A stretch of DNA of 63,850 nucleotides, counting the filler, from Dimargaris cristalligena (lineage: Eukaryota), in NCBI GenBank assembly GCA_003614675.1. It is 23 parts of 23 records of this genome, joined end to end, with 100 filler letters (N's around TTAATTAATTAA, not from the genome) between each part and the next. Parts side by side here need not be neighbours in the genome. Positions count along the whole stretch, not along the records: positions 1 to 2,744 come from ML004127.1; positions 2,845 to 5,581 come from ML004128.1; positions 5,682 to 8,407 come from ML004129.1; positions 8,508 to 11,232 come from ML004130.1; positions 11,333 to 13,938 come from ML004131.1; 18 more parts are not named here. One strand, given 5' to 3'. Position 1 is the first letter of the stretch. Each line of letters starts with the position of its first letter. Shown in pieces: positions 1 to 12,489 of the stretch. Made by a program: the position numbers and the translations under genes. The notes below the pieces were generated by a model, which was given only the letters and a program-made list of their open reading frames with translations, was not told where the DNA came from and searched no databases.

Positions 1-2500
1 ATATGTGAGAAAAGCTTTTAACCAGTAATGCTGGCCTCATCCAATGGATTTTTCATTATACAGCCTGAATGAACTTCTCCCATATGCAGTCGGACATCCA
101 ACCAGGCCGCCGATGGTATCCACTCCGCCCTTATCCCCGACACACCCTGGAGACTCTACAAGGGTACTGACGGGCTCGACCAGGCCGTACGAATAGCACG
201 AACCATCCAAGAGGCACTGTTCAAGTTTATATACGCCTAGCCGGTTCTTGAATTATCCCAGTATAAAAGGAACAGTTGGCCAACCCAAACACGAGTCCTC
301 AGATGGCTATTACTCCCACACGACCTCCTTCATTTCTGTAATCGCTACTTTAATCTTCATACCCTATTAAGGCTGTTATTAATAAACGGACCTTGCTAAG
401 CCATCTACATTCGCTCAACCTCGTTTTTTATAATACCGCGTCCCCCATTAGAGAAGCCACCCTAGTTTGGATGAGAGGGAAGGGCCGGCTGGTATCCCCC
501 CTCTCTCACTTGGCTCTCCGCCCTTTTAACTCAACTTTGGACGAACATTTACCCCTATTCGGAAGATCAGGGCCATTCTGGGATAAAGTAGGACCTTGGC
601 CGCAGTCCACCCTACTCCAGTTCTACCCCATTCGTCCCACTGTAATTCAATATGGGGGAGGTTCACCCGAGCAGTACAACAATACATCCGCTGGGTGAGG
701 CCAATGCTACTGGTTAAAATTGAATATCCCACCTATTTTCTCATACACATCTCATTTAATACCCTATATAGCTGGGTCGAATTTCACCTATATTCATCAC
801 CACCATCCAAGAAGTCGGGTCGAGTATCCCCCCTCCATTCCTGTTTTCCCCTTATCTTGATTGTGATTTGCCGTTGGCTCGGCTGTCCCACGCGGACTCA
901 GCCCACCTCTACTCGTGAATAATGTGAAAATGGAGAGGAGGGGAGGTATAGCCACTTGGGTTACTGGCCTCTATAATTAGTTTAATTTAGAAAGTCCCAC
1001 TGCCTCCATTTTATCACCGTTATCCAAGACCTACGGCCTGAAGGAGGCGGTAATGGAGAGGGGGCCGGATATTTCAAGCCAGGGAGTTCGGGGTACACTT
1101 TTAGGCGATACCAGCCATATGTCCTATAATAATAATAGTGACCATTTTGCCTTACAAACTTTACATTTTCCCCATTACCAACTGTAGCTTCCGAACCCTC
1201 ACCCTCCCCTCACCACTAACCAAATAAAACAACCCCTGGAAGGAGTGTGAAAGGGCATTGCCCTCTCTGTGTCGTTAATTTTGACCAAGGTTACAACATT
1301 ACACTTAGCCTTGAAGGCGACTATAGTTAGATTAGTATCGCACCGTCAAGTTGGAGAGAACCTCCCCTCCCCCCTTTCGCGTAGGATTAAAGCCAGCTCT
1401 GTATGTGATAGGTGGAAGTACTCCGTTGAGATTCAGAGTCGCCGAAAGCCGGATTCGGTAAGTGATCAATTAGACCAAGGTTTGTGCCAATAGGCGAAAC
1501 GTTCAACCCATCCAAGTTGGATTATGAATGCCAAGGATTGGACCGCCCAGGAAAGTTGGCGGAGAACTCATTTTTCACCGATCATCAATCGGTTTGACGC
1601 AGCCGGAGTTTCTCGTGGCTGTACAACCGGCTAGGGCCAGTTTCTTTCCCGGTGCGCTATAGTCCAGCGCACCCTAAGGCTTTTCTATCGAACTGGATGT
1701 TCAATTTCATGGGGCCTATATAGGGGGGGGGGAGGGGGGCGTAAAGGCAATGCTAAATAATATATTATTTATATATTTATAATCTGCAGTGGCGAATGCT
1801 GTTTCCTTTCTCCCCTCTCCCTTCCCCTTTTTATTTTCGTCTGTTGTTCGACATTGGCTCTGTAGCGCCTAGTGGTCTACATGTCAACCAATGAATTGAT
1901 GAGCGATAAACCGCTTCAAAGGGGGAGATACTACTAATGAATCTCCCTCGTTTAATCCTCCACACCCACCCGCTTTCGAGAAATTCGATAAACCATACGA
2001 TTGGGTGTGGTTGAATAGGGAAGGAGGGCCTTGTGATCTCGCCTACCTGTATTTTATAATGTTCCCTCTTAACGACGAGGAAAAGCTTCCGCTCGTTTGC
2101 AAGGGAGGGGGGTAGATGTATATAGAGGCAACCCCTCCCCTCGTGAACTAGTTATTGATATTTTGAACATCCTATTTATGTCTGCTATGTATATAACAGA
2201 TAATTTCAGATAATTAACTTTATAAACCACTACTTACTCTGGCCTGTATTTCTGCCATTATCGGGCGTACCCATTATTTAGTATACTCCAACCCAAACCA
2301 TATATTTCCGACCCCACTTCTTTTGTCTACCACACCCGACTACCAATTGCCTACCGGTGGATATTCTATATTATTTAACCTGTATAGAAAAAATAGTTTG
2401 TTTCTATCAAGCCAATTTTTGTCAACTAAAGACCCCGCTAATATAATTTACCCCCAAACGTGCCCCTTTTCTTTTGCAAAACCCCACCACCGCCACCAAC

Positions 2501-2744
2501 ATGCGTGTTACAATCCTTAGCTATGCCACCCTTCTGGTCTCGTCGGCCCATTTTACCAAGGTCATACAGGCCAACGATGTAGAAGGCAACCCTTATTCCC
2601 GGGATAATTATTTCCTCGAGGACTCTGACTATACTATACTGAATGAATTGCTCAGCGACCCGAAATTTGCCTCGCCCCAATCCCACCCGAAACGTCTAAG
2701 TTATATCGAAGGGGTGAACGACCCCAACTATAACGTGGAAGCAA
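2501..2744 (+). CDS. N-terminus of a putative secreted orphan protein (3'-truncated by contig end)
   Basis: ATG in ACCAACATG context; signal-peptide-like MRVTILSYATLLVSSAHFTKVIQA followed by an acidic region; open to the contig end. Confidence 0.45.
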
Positions 2745-2844
2745 NNNNNNNNNNNNNNNNNNNNNNNNNNNNNNNNNNNNNNNNNNNNTTAATTAATTAA
2801 NNNNNNNNNNNNNNNNNNNNNNNNNNNNNNNNNNNNNNNNNNNN
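2745..2844. other. Artificial contig linker (44 N + TTAATTAATTAA + 44 N); first of 22 identical linkers in the window
   Basis: Same 100-nt six-frame-stop spacer starts at 2745, 5582, 8408, 11233, 13939, 16750, 19559, 22366, 25166, 27961, 30750, 33536, 36315, 39093, 41869, 44644, 47418, 50192, 52953, 55714, 58360 and 61110. Contig lengths fall from about 2744 to 2641. Confidence 0.99.
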
Positions 2845-2925
2845 GTCTATCATCACCTTTCCCTTTTATTATCTATCTTTTCAAATAAAGTTCAGTTTTC
2901 AAGGATTTGATTTCAGTTCTTTACA
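2845..2925 (+). mobile_element. LTR family C, 3' end (ends ...TTCTTTACA)
   Basis: Near-identical to 28061-28203, 58460-58520 and the reverse complement of 55605-55713; contains AATAAA and ends in CA. Confidence 0.65.
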
Positions 2926-5681
2926 CCATCTATATCCATAATCTATTATTGGTGCTAACATTAATAACCAGTTCTGTGTTTTAAATGTTATACCATAATA
3001 GTACTATGGTGGCTATAAGCCATTCCTGGTACATTAATCACTACATTTATTACTAGATTTGCCAAGCCTTACCTTCACATTAGGGACATTGTAGTTGTTA
3101 TTGACTACATTATAGCTACTAGGTGTCCTTCTGGTCAGTGGCAGGGCTAGTAGTGTAGAACATAATTAGTTATATTGGTAATGTATTGTAATAACCAACA
3201 GGGCTAAACCCCTTTCAATAGACAATGTAGTAGGTTCTGTTGCAGGGTCTAGCTACTATTATTGGTATGGCCTTCCTCTTGTAAAAGTACGTCCAAAACT
3301 TCAAGGTGCCTTTCTGTACAGTAATTAAAAATACTGCACTTTACAGAAACCTTTATTCAAGAACCCTTGCCATTGTCATGGTCCTGTTCCATTACCAGGT
3401 GGTATCTTTAGCCATAGCAATGATTGGTCATGCTAATCCAAAGTCCAGTGACTAGATCAATATTGAATACTTGGTGGTGGACTTCCATATAGTCATTTGA
3501 ATGGTTGTCAATGGGAACGAATGGGTATATTAATCATCCCTTGCCCAATTATGGCCACAAGTCTCCAATTGTGTTATTGTTCCCCTAATGGTTATGTGGA
3601 ATGGACCTATGGTCTAAGCCCACTTTGAATACCTAGTTGGCCATCATATACCATACCAATTTGATACTAGTGATAACTGGAATCATTATAAAATGGTAAA
3701 GAAATTGCCTCTCCATATCCCACATTGAACTGATATGCACCTCAACATCTCAGAACTTCAGCTATTACTGTTAAATATATACACACATTTTGACATACTA
3801 TAACACACCCCCCCCCCCAAACACAGCTTCCAACAAGATGGCCAGATCAAAGGTTGTTTTGTCTGCTCTATGGGCTGCCTGCATGAGCATATGGAGGCAG
3901 CTCCCTGTGACAAAGCAGGTCAATAAATATACTAGCCACTCCCAACAGGGTGGCTCTGGGGCCACATCTCTTAGCTTATTGGGGGATTACCCCACTGCTG
4001 ACCCTGATACTGACCTCATCAATCAAGATAGAGGTCAGCCATGGAAACCAGCCACCCAGTAATTCCAATCCGGGTGGCACCTGCCCATGTGCAGGTTAAA
4101 TGGGTTTCATATTAAGCAAATCATATGTTTGTACTTGTATGTTTTTTTTATTGGTGGACATTCATTTTTTTATATTGGACAACTTGGTTAGTAATTAATA
4201 AAATAAATATATACCCACACATTAGTACTTTACGGTCAGTAAAATGTATAGGCCGGGAATGTATCTCTTAGTTTGAATTCCTCTGTAATGTTTATAATGA
4301 AACCGTGGCTGTACTAATAATGTAAGAGATACCGATAAAGTCCTTTGATAGTTGTGATGGAGAGTATCGAATTGACTTGTTAATAGGGTCGTGCTGATGG
4401 TTTTACTGATTGAATAAATTCTGAATAATAGCTAACATAGTATTGTCCGAACTGTTTCAGTGGCTTCATTCATTGTTAAACCCTTTGGATGGATTTCAAC
4501 AGGACGCAATGGTTATCCGACTTTTCAACTGAACTATAGAATGCTAAGTGCATGTTGCTAATAGAATGCTCAAAATACTTTATTCTGGTTCCAATAAAAA
4601 TACATCTATTAATTTATATTTGGGCTTAGTGCAATATGCCCGTGTACACAAATTAGTAGCTAGCCCCTTGGTATATTCTATATTCCGAGATCACGATTTC
4701 CTGGGGCATTTTAAGTAATACGTTTCTCTGGCTAAAATTCAATCACTCAAATGAATTACGGTATTCATATGAATACACGATTTTTCCTATTTCTTCTGCC
4801 ACCAGTGAATCTCCAGTCTGATGTATAATGCACCTTCCATTACCTTTTTAACTGGCAACTGCTTTGCCAGGCCCATACCATCTGGCTTTACCAATGTTGG
4901 ATTTATCGGGGGTAGTTCATTACACTACAATATTCTTAAACATTTCCACATTCTATATTATTCCCAGAGTTTTAAATTGGGGCTCCCACAACAACCAATA
5001 TTGTATCGGTACTCATATTCGCCAAACGAGCAATGTCACCTATCCATTGCCGCTGGCTTTGACTTTCCACCCATATCTTCAGTATTGTCTCGTTAAAGCC
5101 GGTCCTAAAATCACGCTGCCACTTTTTTTACTAAATGACCACGTATTTCAGTCTTCCAGCTTTCGTTGTATTGATAAATAACCGGGACCCTGGCGTTTGG
5201 CATTGATGTACTATACCGATTTTTTTATTACCAAGCAATCCTGGCCTATGAAACTGGTCCCGGAGCTTTAAAAGCGGCTCACAGGTGGATATCATATTTG
5301 AAGGTTACCCTATGTAGGGAGAGGACTTCTGAGCAGCCATTGCACTATAGCATCTAGAGGTTCGACCAGTTAAAGAAATATACTCTGTCCGGAATACTAC
5401 ATTTTCCTTTGTTTAAATGGCTGAAGCTAATACAAAAATAGGCCGACTTCACATTCACCTGTTGTGGCCGGGCCTGCTTAAACTCTAATAGCATATCCCA
5501 GCCAAGTTATTTTTAGTTTAGAAAAAATGAAGAACATCACTAAATATCAGTCTTCATCTTTTCCCACCCAGTTATAAGCCANNNNNNNNNNNNNNNNNNN
5601 NNNNNNNNNNNNNNNNNNNNNNNNNTTAATTAATTAANNNNNNNNNNNNNNNNNNNNNNNNNNNNNNNNNNNNNNNNNNNN

Positions 5682-5960
5682 ACTAATGGTCAGACCAGCC
5701 TTGATGAGATCAGACAGTATACCAACTACATCATTTATATCCCCCGTTCTCTGTTTTGTTCCATTGATTACCCATCCCTCCGTTATCCCGCCATGACGAT
5801 GCCCAACTCCGCCCCTGTCTCCTCCAACTCCACGAACCTCCCGTCTTCTACCACCAGGGAGCTGGCCGCTGCGACTTCTGGCCGGGTTGATAAAGAGGCT
5901 GTTGCCTCTACGCGAATTCTGAAGGCCGCTGGCAATAGGCCGGACACCCCGGGTAGTACA
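5682..5960 (+). mobile_element. LTR family A, 3' part (ends GGGTAGTACA)
   Basis: From about 5790 homologous to 23920-24090, with the same terminus and the same short ORF (MTMPNSAPVSS vs MSISNSAPVSS). Confidence 0.65.
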
Positions 5961-6303
5961 CATCATCCTCCTACCAATTATTGATAGAAGTTTACATAAT
6001 GACACTATTTTCCTCTCGACTGGGTTATTTTTATGGCCGGTATCATTACTTCATTAAACCCGGCTTGAATTGACTCATGCCACAGTATCTGACTAAGCCT
6101 TTCTTCCCGACAGAAGCCCCTGCTATAATTGTGGGTTAACAATATTGGTTTGCCTAGCGTTATCAGGGCATATGTATTCTATCTCTACACCCCCTCCCTT
6201 CACGCCAACTGCCCTACCACCACACTGTCCAATAACACAGATCTCCTTCAATAGCATACAAATGCCCCAACTTCATATCATCAAACAGGTGATTGGTGAT
6301 AGA

Positions 6304-7116
6304 TATTGTGCCGGGGATTTGGGGTACCTCCATTCGGAGATCAGAGCTGGGGTTGGATGTCCCACTCCCTTCTGGACTGGAAGGTTCACCGGACGTTAGT
6401 TTCGAGGGGCCAGTGCCTGGATGTAACATGGAGAACTTGGGAAACGGCCCTTCGGCTAGTCGGATTTGCTTGGAGCTGTTATCGGAGGTTGAACTGGGGT
6501 ATGGTGGAAAATGTTCCACGTGAATCGATCCTAGACTCCCGTCGTCAGAGTTGGGTACTGGGGAAGCCATGGTGGCTACGTACTAACAGACTAGTTGTAA
6601 AGAAAAATAGTAAATAAAAAGAATAAGAAAAAGCTTAAAATCGACTTCTGGTTGAAGTCCGCGGCTCATACTAGGTAAAATACTGGGTGAAGTTAAAATA
6701 GATATTTATTCTGAATAATAAAAACTTATCTCAAAGATAACCTACCATTTTAAGGGCCGGCTGGGAGACTATAAATAAGAAAATTCGATGTTACAGCCTT
6801 AAGACTATACTATGACCTTTTGGATGTTGTCCTCAAATGGACTGACAACCATAAAACCACGAAGGGGAAAACTGGTTGGGTCCTTAAGTTTAAACGGTGC
6901 ATGAAAAGAGAAAGGAAATATGGAAAATGGAAAATGAGAATGCCTCGGATCCTCCGGCGCGTTCATAAAAATAAGATATAAATAAGGAAAACTTGGATGT
7001 TGCTCCCTTATTCTAATGTGAAGGCTATTCCCACTGACTCGTCTGGAATTATGTAGCTGACAAAATTAGAAGTAGTTAGTAGGTCGGTTGAAAGTGGAAG
7101 TGATTAGGCCCAAACA
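6304..7116 (-). mobile_element. Solo LTR family D (813 bp)
   Basis: Minus-strand ends TGTTTGGGCC...GGCACAATA (CA mutated to TA); flanks TAGA/CAGA fit a 4-bp TSD with one C>T; 6304-6740 is homologous to 61210-61645. Confidence 0.6.
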
Positions 7117-9029
7117 CAGATCAGCAAAATGGAGGTCTTCCAAGTGCTCGCTCAAAGAGTGTAACGGTGGATATTGAATGCGCAGTCATTATGTGGTGAG
7201 GGAATACTACTAGGTTGTCTCATGGGAAGGAAAATTCGTCTGAACCTATGGCAGTACAATAGAACTATGCCTAAGTAGAGGGAAGTTAACCTAAAAAAAA
7301 CACGGAGTATTAGTGCAGACAATTCCAATATACGCTATTGGGGAATGGTTGTATAGCGGCTCATTGAAAATATTCGAACACATACATGTACAACCTAGTT
7401 GTGAGTGAGCGTAAGCAGTAGGACTATATTGCACTGGTTCTTGGCCGGGTCTCTCGATATTTCGCATTTCCGGGGCGGGTTATTTAGCTGCCGAAGTTCG
7501 GAATATGGAGGGGGCAATACAATAGTCTAAGGCTAACAGGTAACTGGTAACGACGAAACTAGGGACAGTGGCTATCGCCAACAAGACCTAGTGCTCTCTA
7601 TAAGTAACCCCAGCCAAGTTCGCCGTCAGGTACTGATAAGCTGAAAGTTAATGTGAGGCGCGTTGAGAGTTGGGGAATGAAGACCGGGATGGGCTGACGA
7701 CGCAGCCGGAATACTTGGAATAGGCCAAGGGAAATAAAAGCGCAATATATATCAGCCGTACTATAGAAGTACCGAATCCGAGTATTACAAATACACGGGT
7801 GTGGTTACCGCTACAGGTGGAGTAATGGGGGAGATGTGAACGGTAAATGTTCACAGGAAGGGGGAAAGGGATTATCTCTACGGCTCGGGTTAGTGATACT
7901 TCCATCGATGTATTGCCGTCCGCCCAATAATCTAAGCCAATATCCATCATAAAAAGGCTGTACGCCCGATATATGAAAGGATTTAATATCGTTCGCGAAT
8001 AGGGAGGTGGGCGGGTAGCAAAGGCGAACATCATACGATCTACACCCTTTTGCAGCCATTGATATAACATCAATACAAAGCCCTTATAGCTCATTAAATC
8101 GATCGACTCGTTATTGTTTAGAGACGGGAATCTCACCACAGAGAACCTTTAGAGAAGGCTTCTACTGCCAACTGGTTGAAGCGACAGGCGAACATTTGCG
8201 GATACATCAGGGCAGTTTAAACGAAAATATAAAAATAGATTGGATCGGATTAGCTGGGACATGAATGGCTATGACGCTGAATCCCTGTTAGCTTTCGGCA
8301 AGCCTTTAGTCATAAAGTACATGGGCAGATTACCATCGTTGCGGTCCCTTTATTACCCCCCGGGTGTAGAAAAGGCTGAGGTTGAAGACGGCGGTCAACG
8401 GCAGTGANNNNNNNNNNNNNNNNNNNNNNNNNNNNNNNNNNNNNNNNNNNNTTAATTAATTAANNNNNNNNNNNNNNNNNNNNNNNNNNNNNNNNNNNNN
8501 NNNNNNNCATTTTTGCACCACTTTGACTATTTGATAAGCTATACTACGTCCGGTCAATACTTAACATTTCGCAACTAACGGCTACTAATAACACTAACTA
8601 TATATATATATGGCTACCATATTCTACCTGTAAATCTGAACGTACCCTACTTGGTTTTAGGTTGTAACTCTGGGATTCCGCTCGCGCCTATTCCGAAGTC
8701 GGCGTAATATTAGTCTATCGATTCCCCTGCCGCTCTCTTTCTTCCTTTTCTGTCTCGGTAGACACGCCCTACCATCAGTCCCTCGGACTTTAACCACTGG
8801 CGATGTGTATCGCTTATCAATTTAGGTAACATTCCCATATAAAATCAGTCACAATTTACTATTTCAAATTTGGACGTGGTGTCCGTTATTTACGTATTTG
8901 CCTAATTGGGGCACCTTTCTTCACCAACGCTCGGCAGCATTTTAACAATAAATTTTCTACTTACTGCACATGTCTTCCCAATCGCCAATAATTGTGGGAT
9001 TGTCTATAGCAGCTGCACCAGGACTATCT

Positions 9030-11232
9030 AAATGTACGAACATCTGGGAGTCCGTAAACAGATTTAAAGTTAACTTGCCTGATCGGACATTGGGTGGCCC
9101 ATTTTACTAAGAACCACTACCCCTTCACTATGTGAGCAGCTTCAAACAATACACCTCGTTAGATAGACTGCAGACAACTAGGTGTGGGAAACCCATGGCG
9201 GCAGAACGCAACCTCATCTTAAATGTTTATTTTTGCAGTAAACCTCGACTGATTTCTTAACATTTATATAATCCATTCCCAACGATCTCCAGAGATACAC
9301 AAAACTAATGGCAAGCATCCGGTCTTGATTTAGGTTTAAAAAACACAAGAACGCATCGTCTCCACCAATTTAGCCGCATTTTCGAGTACAATCACCGGAT
9401 TATCCCGCAAGGGCAAACTCCAGTCGAATTCACCCGCGGCCGATATTTCGCCGGTCCCTTCAGCCATCGACTCCAACGATTCCGTCACCCACTGCAACTG
9501 CCTACCCAATAAGTCAACTATAAATCCCCATTGATCAGCCAAACTCGGAGAGGCTGACACATCCTTTCCGCCGCCGTAAGGTTGGGCTGGCACGGATATC
9601 AAGAGGTCGGCGACTGTGATGAGGGTGGTAATGAAAGTCGGTAGCGGAAGCCACGGAGTGAGACGGATGGCCTTTTGGGCGGCGGATTTGGCCTGCCGAA
9701 GACGGGTTTTCATGGCAGTGTAGTGGATGAGGGCCGATTGATTCTCCTTAGCAATAACATCATCAGCGTCGTCAGCAGCATCGCCATCGCTATCATTCAA
9801 TTTGACCAATTCGGGATGACAGGTTTGTAAAGCGAGGGCGAGCGATAAGTAAGCGTGGGTGGTCGTCAGGGCACGTTTTGGTTCACCCTGCAAAGCCGTT
9901 CTGACCAACTGCTCCGGTAAGGCGAGGCGGACCACCTCCCTCGAGGGTGTAAGCGCGGTGTTATCTTCGCCTGCATCTCGCCCGGCCGCCTGAGACCACC
10001 GTAACAAGTCGCTCAGGGCGGTAAACAGGGGTTGATGGGTGGGGTAGGTCCGGATGGCTTTACTCAACGTTCGACAGGCACCTCCGGCCAGGTCCTGCTG
10101 TAATAGCGCCAGTCTACTAGTTAGGTAGGGCAACACTAGGCAGGGGTCAGCCTCGGGGGTCACAGCGGGCAGTTCGCGCTGGACAGCGGTAATGAGGTCG
10201 ACGTCGGGTTCACACAAACCAATGGCGAATAGAGTAGCCAGGAGCTGAACATGCGACGACTGGTTCGATGCTGATGAGGTAGATACGTTTGGGTTACCTG
10301 GGTTGTCACCAGCATCGCCAGCACCAGTACTAAGTTCCCCATTCGCTTCACCGGCCGCTTGGACACTTTGAAGTAATTGCTGTTTAGCCAACTCACGATA
10401 CTCGGTCGTGCCTAGGGTCCAAAACATCTTGGCTAGTAGTACCGACGTATCTTGGTAAAGCCGGGCGTCCGGTTCCGCCCAGACGAGTGCCTTTTCGAAT
10501 GAATGGAGACTAGCCTCAAGTTGGCCAGACCAATACTCAGCCAGGCCCTGTCACAGTTTATTACAAACTGAGTACAGGCGTTGCTGGTTAGTGGCCGTGT
10601 CGTCCGCCTGGGACTGTTGCTCTCCTTCTTCTTCCATTTCGATGGTAGCCGCCACACAGTACGGGGACTCCATAAGTTCAGCATAAATGTCCACCGACTT
10701 GGTGCAGTGTCCACCCGCACACAAGGGTCGCGCGTAATTGCTTTCAAGCACCACCATTCCTGGCGGTGATGCGGTGACGGAATCGTTGGAGTCGATGACT
10801 GAAGGGACCGGCGAAATATTGGCCGCGGGTGAATTCGACTGGAGTCTGCCCTTGCGGGATAATCCTGTGATTGTACTCGAAAATGCGACTAAATTGGTAG
10901 AGACGCTGCGTTCTTGTGTTTTTTAAACTTAAATCAAGACCGGATGCTTGCCATTAGTTTTGTGTATCTCTAGAGATCGTTGGGAATGGATTATATAAAT
11001 GCTAAGAAATCAATCGAGGTTTACTGCAAAAATAAACATTTAAGATGAGGTTGCGTTCTGTCGCCATGGGTTTCCCACCCCTAGTTGTCTGCGGTCTATC
11101 TAACGAGGTGTATTGTTTGAAGCTGCTAACATAGTGAAGGAGTAGTGGTTCTTAGTAATATGGGCCACCCAATGTCCGATCAGGCAAGTTAACTTTAAAC
11201 CTGTTTACGGACTACCAGATATTCGTACATTT
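9030..11232. repeat. 460-bp inverted duplication (9030-9489 vs 10773-11232), about 95% identical
   Basis: The + strand ORF 10738-10926 repeats the SKI3 C-terminus (VTESLESM.EGTGEI.AAGEFDWSLPLRDNPVIVLENA.KLVET.RSCVF), and the match continues through the 3' flank to the contig end. Confidence 0.95.
9336..10772 (-). pseudogene. SKI3: SKI3/TTC37 (Ski complex TPR subunit) C-terminal fragment; in-frame TGA at 10551-10553; 5' end replaced by an inverted duplication
   Basis: ORFs 10551-10757 and 9336-10427 are in the same frame and read CNKL*QGLAEYWSGQLEASLHSFEKAL...LLAKMFWTLGTTEYRELAKQQLL...AQKAIRLTPW. This resembles the fungal Ski3 C-terminal motifs (LAQVLWAxG..E.AR.QL; AQRAI..APW). Confidence 0.7.
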
Positions 11233-11332
11233 NNNNNNNNNNNNNNNNNNNNNNNNNNNNNNNNNNNNNNNNNNNNTTAATTAATTAANNNNNNNNNNNN
11301 NNNNNNNNNNNNNNNNNNNNNNNNNNNNNNNN

Positions 11333-11998
11333 GGCGGCGAAGCGCTCCTCGACGTTCTTCCAGTTGACGACCTTCCAGATGTTGGTCAGGTAGTCGGGCC
11401 GCACGTTCTTGTACTGGAGGTAGTAAGCGTGCTCCCAAACGTCGATACCCAGCAGGGGCACCAGGTGGGTGAGCGGGTCCTGGTTGGGGCAAGTGGCGAT
11501 CTCCAACGACTTGGCGTTGGCATTGTAGCCCAGCCAGCCCCAGCCCGAGCCCTGCACGGCGGCGGTTTTCGTGTTGAACTCCTTGGTGAAGGCCTCCAGA
11601 CTACCCCATTTGGACTGAATGGCGGTGAGTAGGTCGCCCTTGTCGAGCTGACCACCCCCCGCCTTGATGGGGGCCAGGTTGGTCCAGAAGATGGAATGGT
11701 TCACGTGGCCCCCTCCGTTGAACTTGAGCATGCCTTGCAATTCGATCTCGGCAGCCAGGTCCTGGCGGTGGCGGGCTTCGGCCAGCTTCTCCTCGGCCAG
11801 GTTGAGGCCATTGACGTAGGCCTGGTGGTGCTTGTCATGGTGGAGACGCATAATTTCGGTGTTGATCACGGGCTCCAGGGCATCGTAGTCGTACGGCAGG
11901 TCCGGCACGGTGTGCTTCTGACGCACCGGGACCGCCTGGGCGGCCAGGCTGCGAGAAAGCAGCGGGCGGGTAGCAAGACGAGTGGACTGGCGCAACAT
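11333..11998 (-). CDS. SOD2: Mitochondrial manganese superoxide dismutase (last few codons cut by contig end)
   Basis: Arg/Ser/Leu-rich presequence; motifs [46 protein letters not shown]. Confidence 0.97.
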
Positions 11999-12489
11999 GG
12001 TAGAAATGAGACCCTAGTGGCGTAAGGCGAAAGAAGTAGGGAATGGGAAAGTGAGTGAAACCAGAGGGTAGAGATATAATAAGCCAGAGAAACAGAGAAG
12101 GAGCTGTATTATAAGACCCACGGTGGAATCACCCCTGGGTAATCAATAATATACCGCGGGATGGGTGTGACTCGGTTGGTGGAGTGGCTCTGATTTAACT
12201 CTGCTGGCGGTGGTGGGATTGGAAGCTTCGTCACCACCATCACCATTGTTTTCGTCCGACTAGACGTCACCGCCCCACTATCATCCCTTTCGTCGGCCGT
12301 CACACGAGCCCTGTGATTGGGGCGGCTTTACTTTATTATCTATCATTTAAGGCACGGGTTTTATTAATAGGCCCGTTTGATCTGATAATTATAATAGGGC
12401 CAAGTGATGCTGACTCTGGCCATCCATCAAATACTGTAACCATCACATGCTATAATTTTGCCAGGATCACCACTGGTATGTCCTGTGGG

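Noticed and set aside
2789-2800. Recurrent TTAATTAATTAA palindrome and ORFs ending in X...LIN
   Set aside because: Synthetic six-frame stop linker.
2926-3780. CG-depleted stretch that may be decayed retrotransposon pol (similarly 53570-55600)
   Set aside because: Only a weak PF..LYG-like hint in stop-ridden frames; needs a translated HMM search before it can be called.
11333-11998. GC-rich intronless SOD as a bacterial contaminant or HGT
   Set aside because: It has a mitochondrial presequence and shares a contig with an intron-containing gene; the GC3 bias fits high expression.
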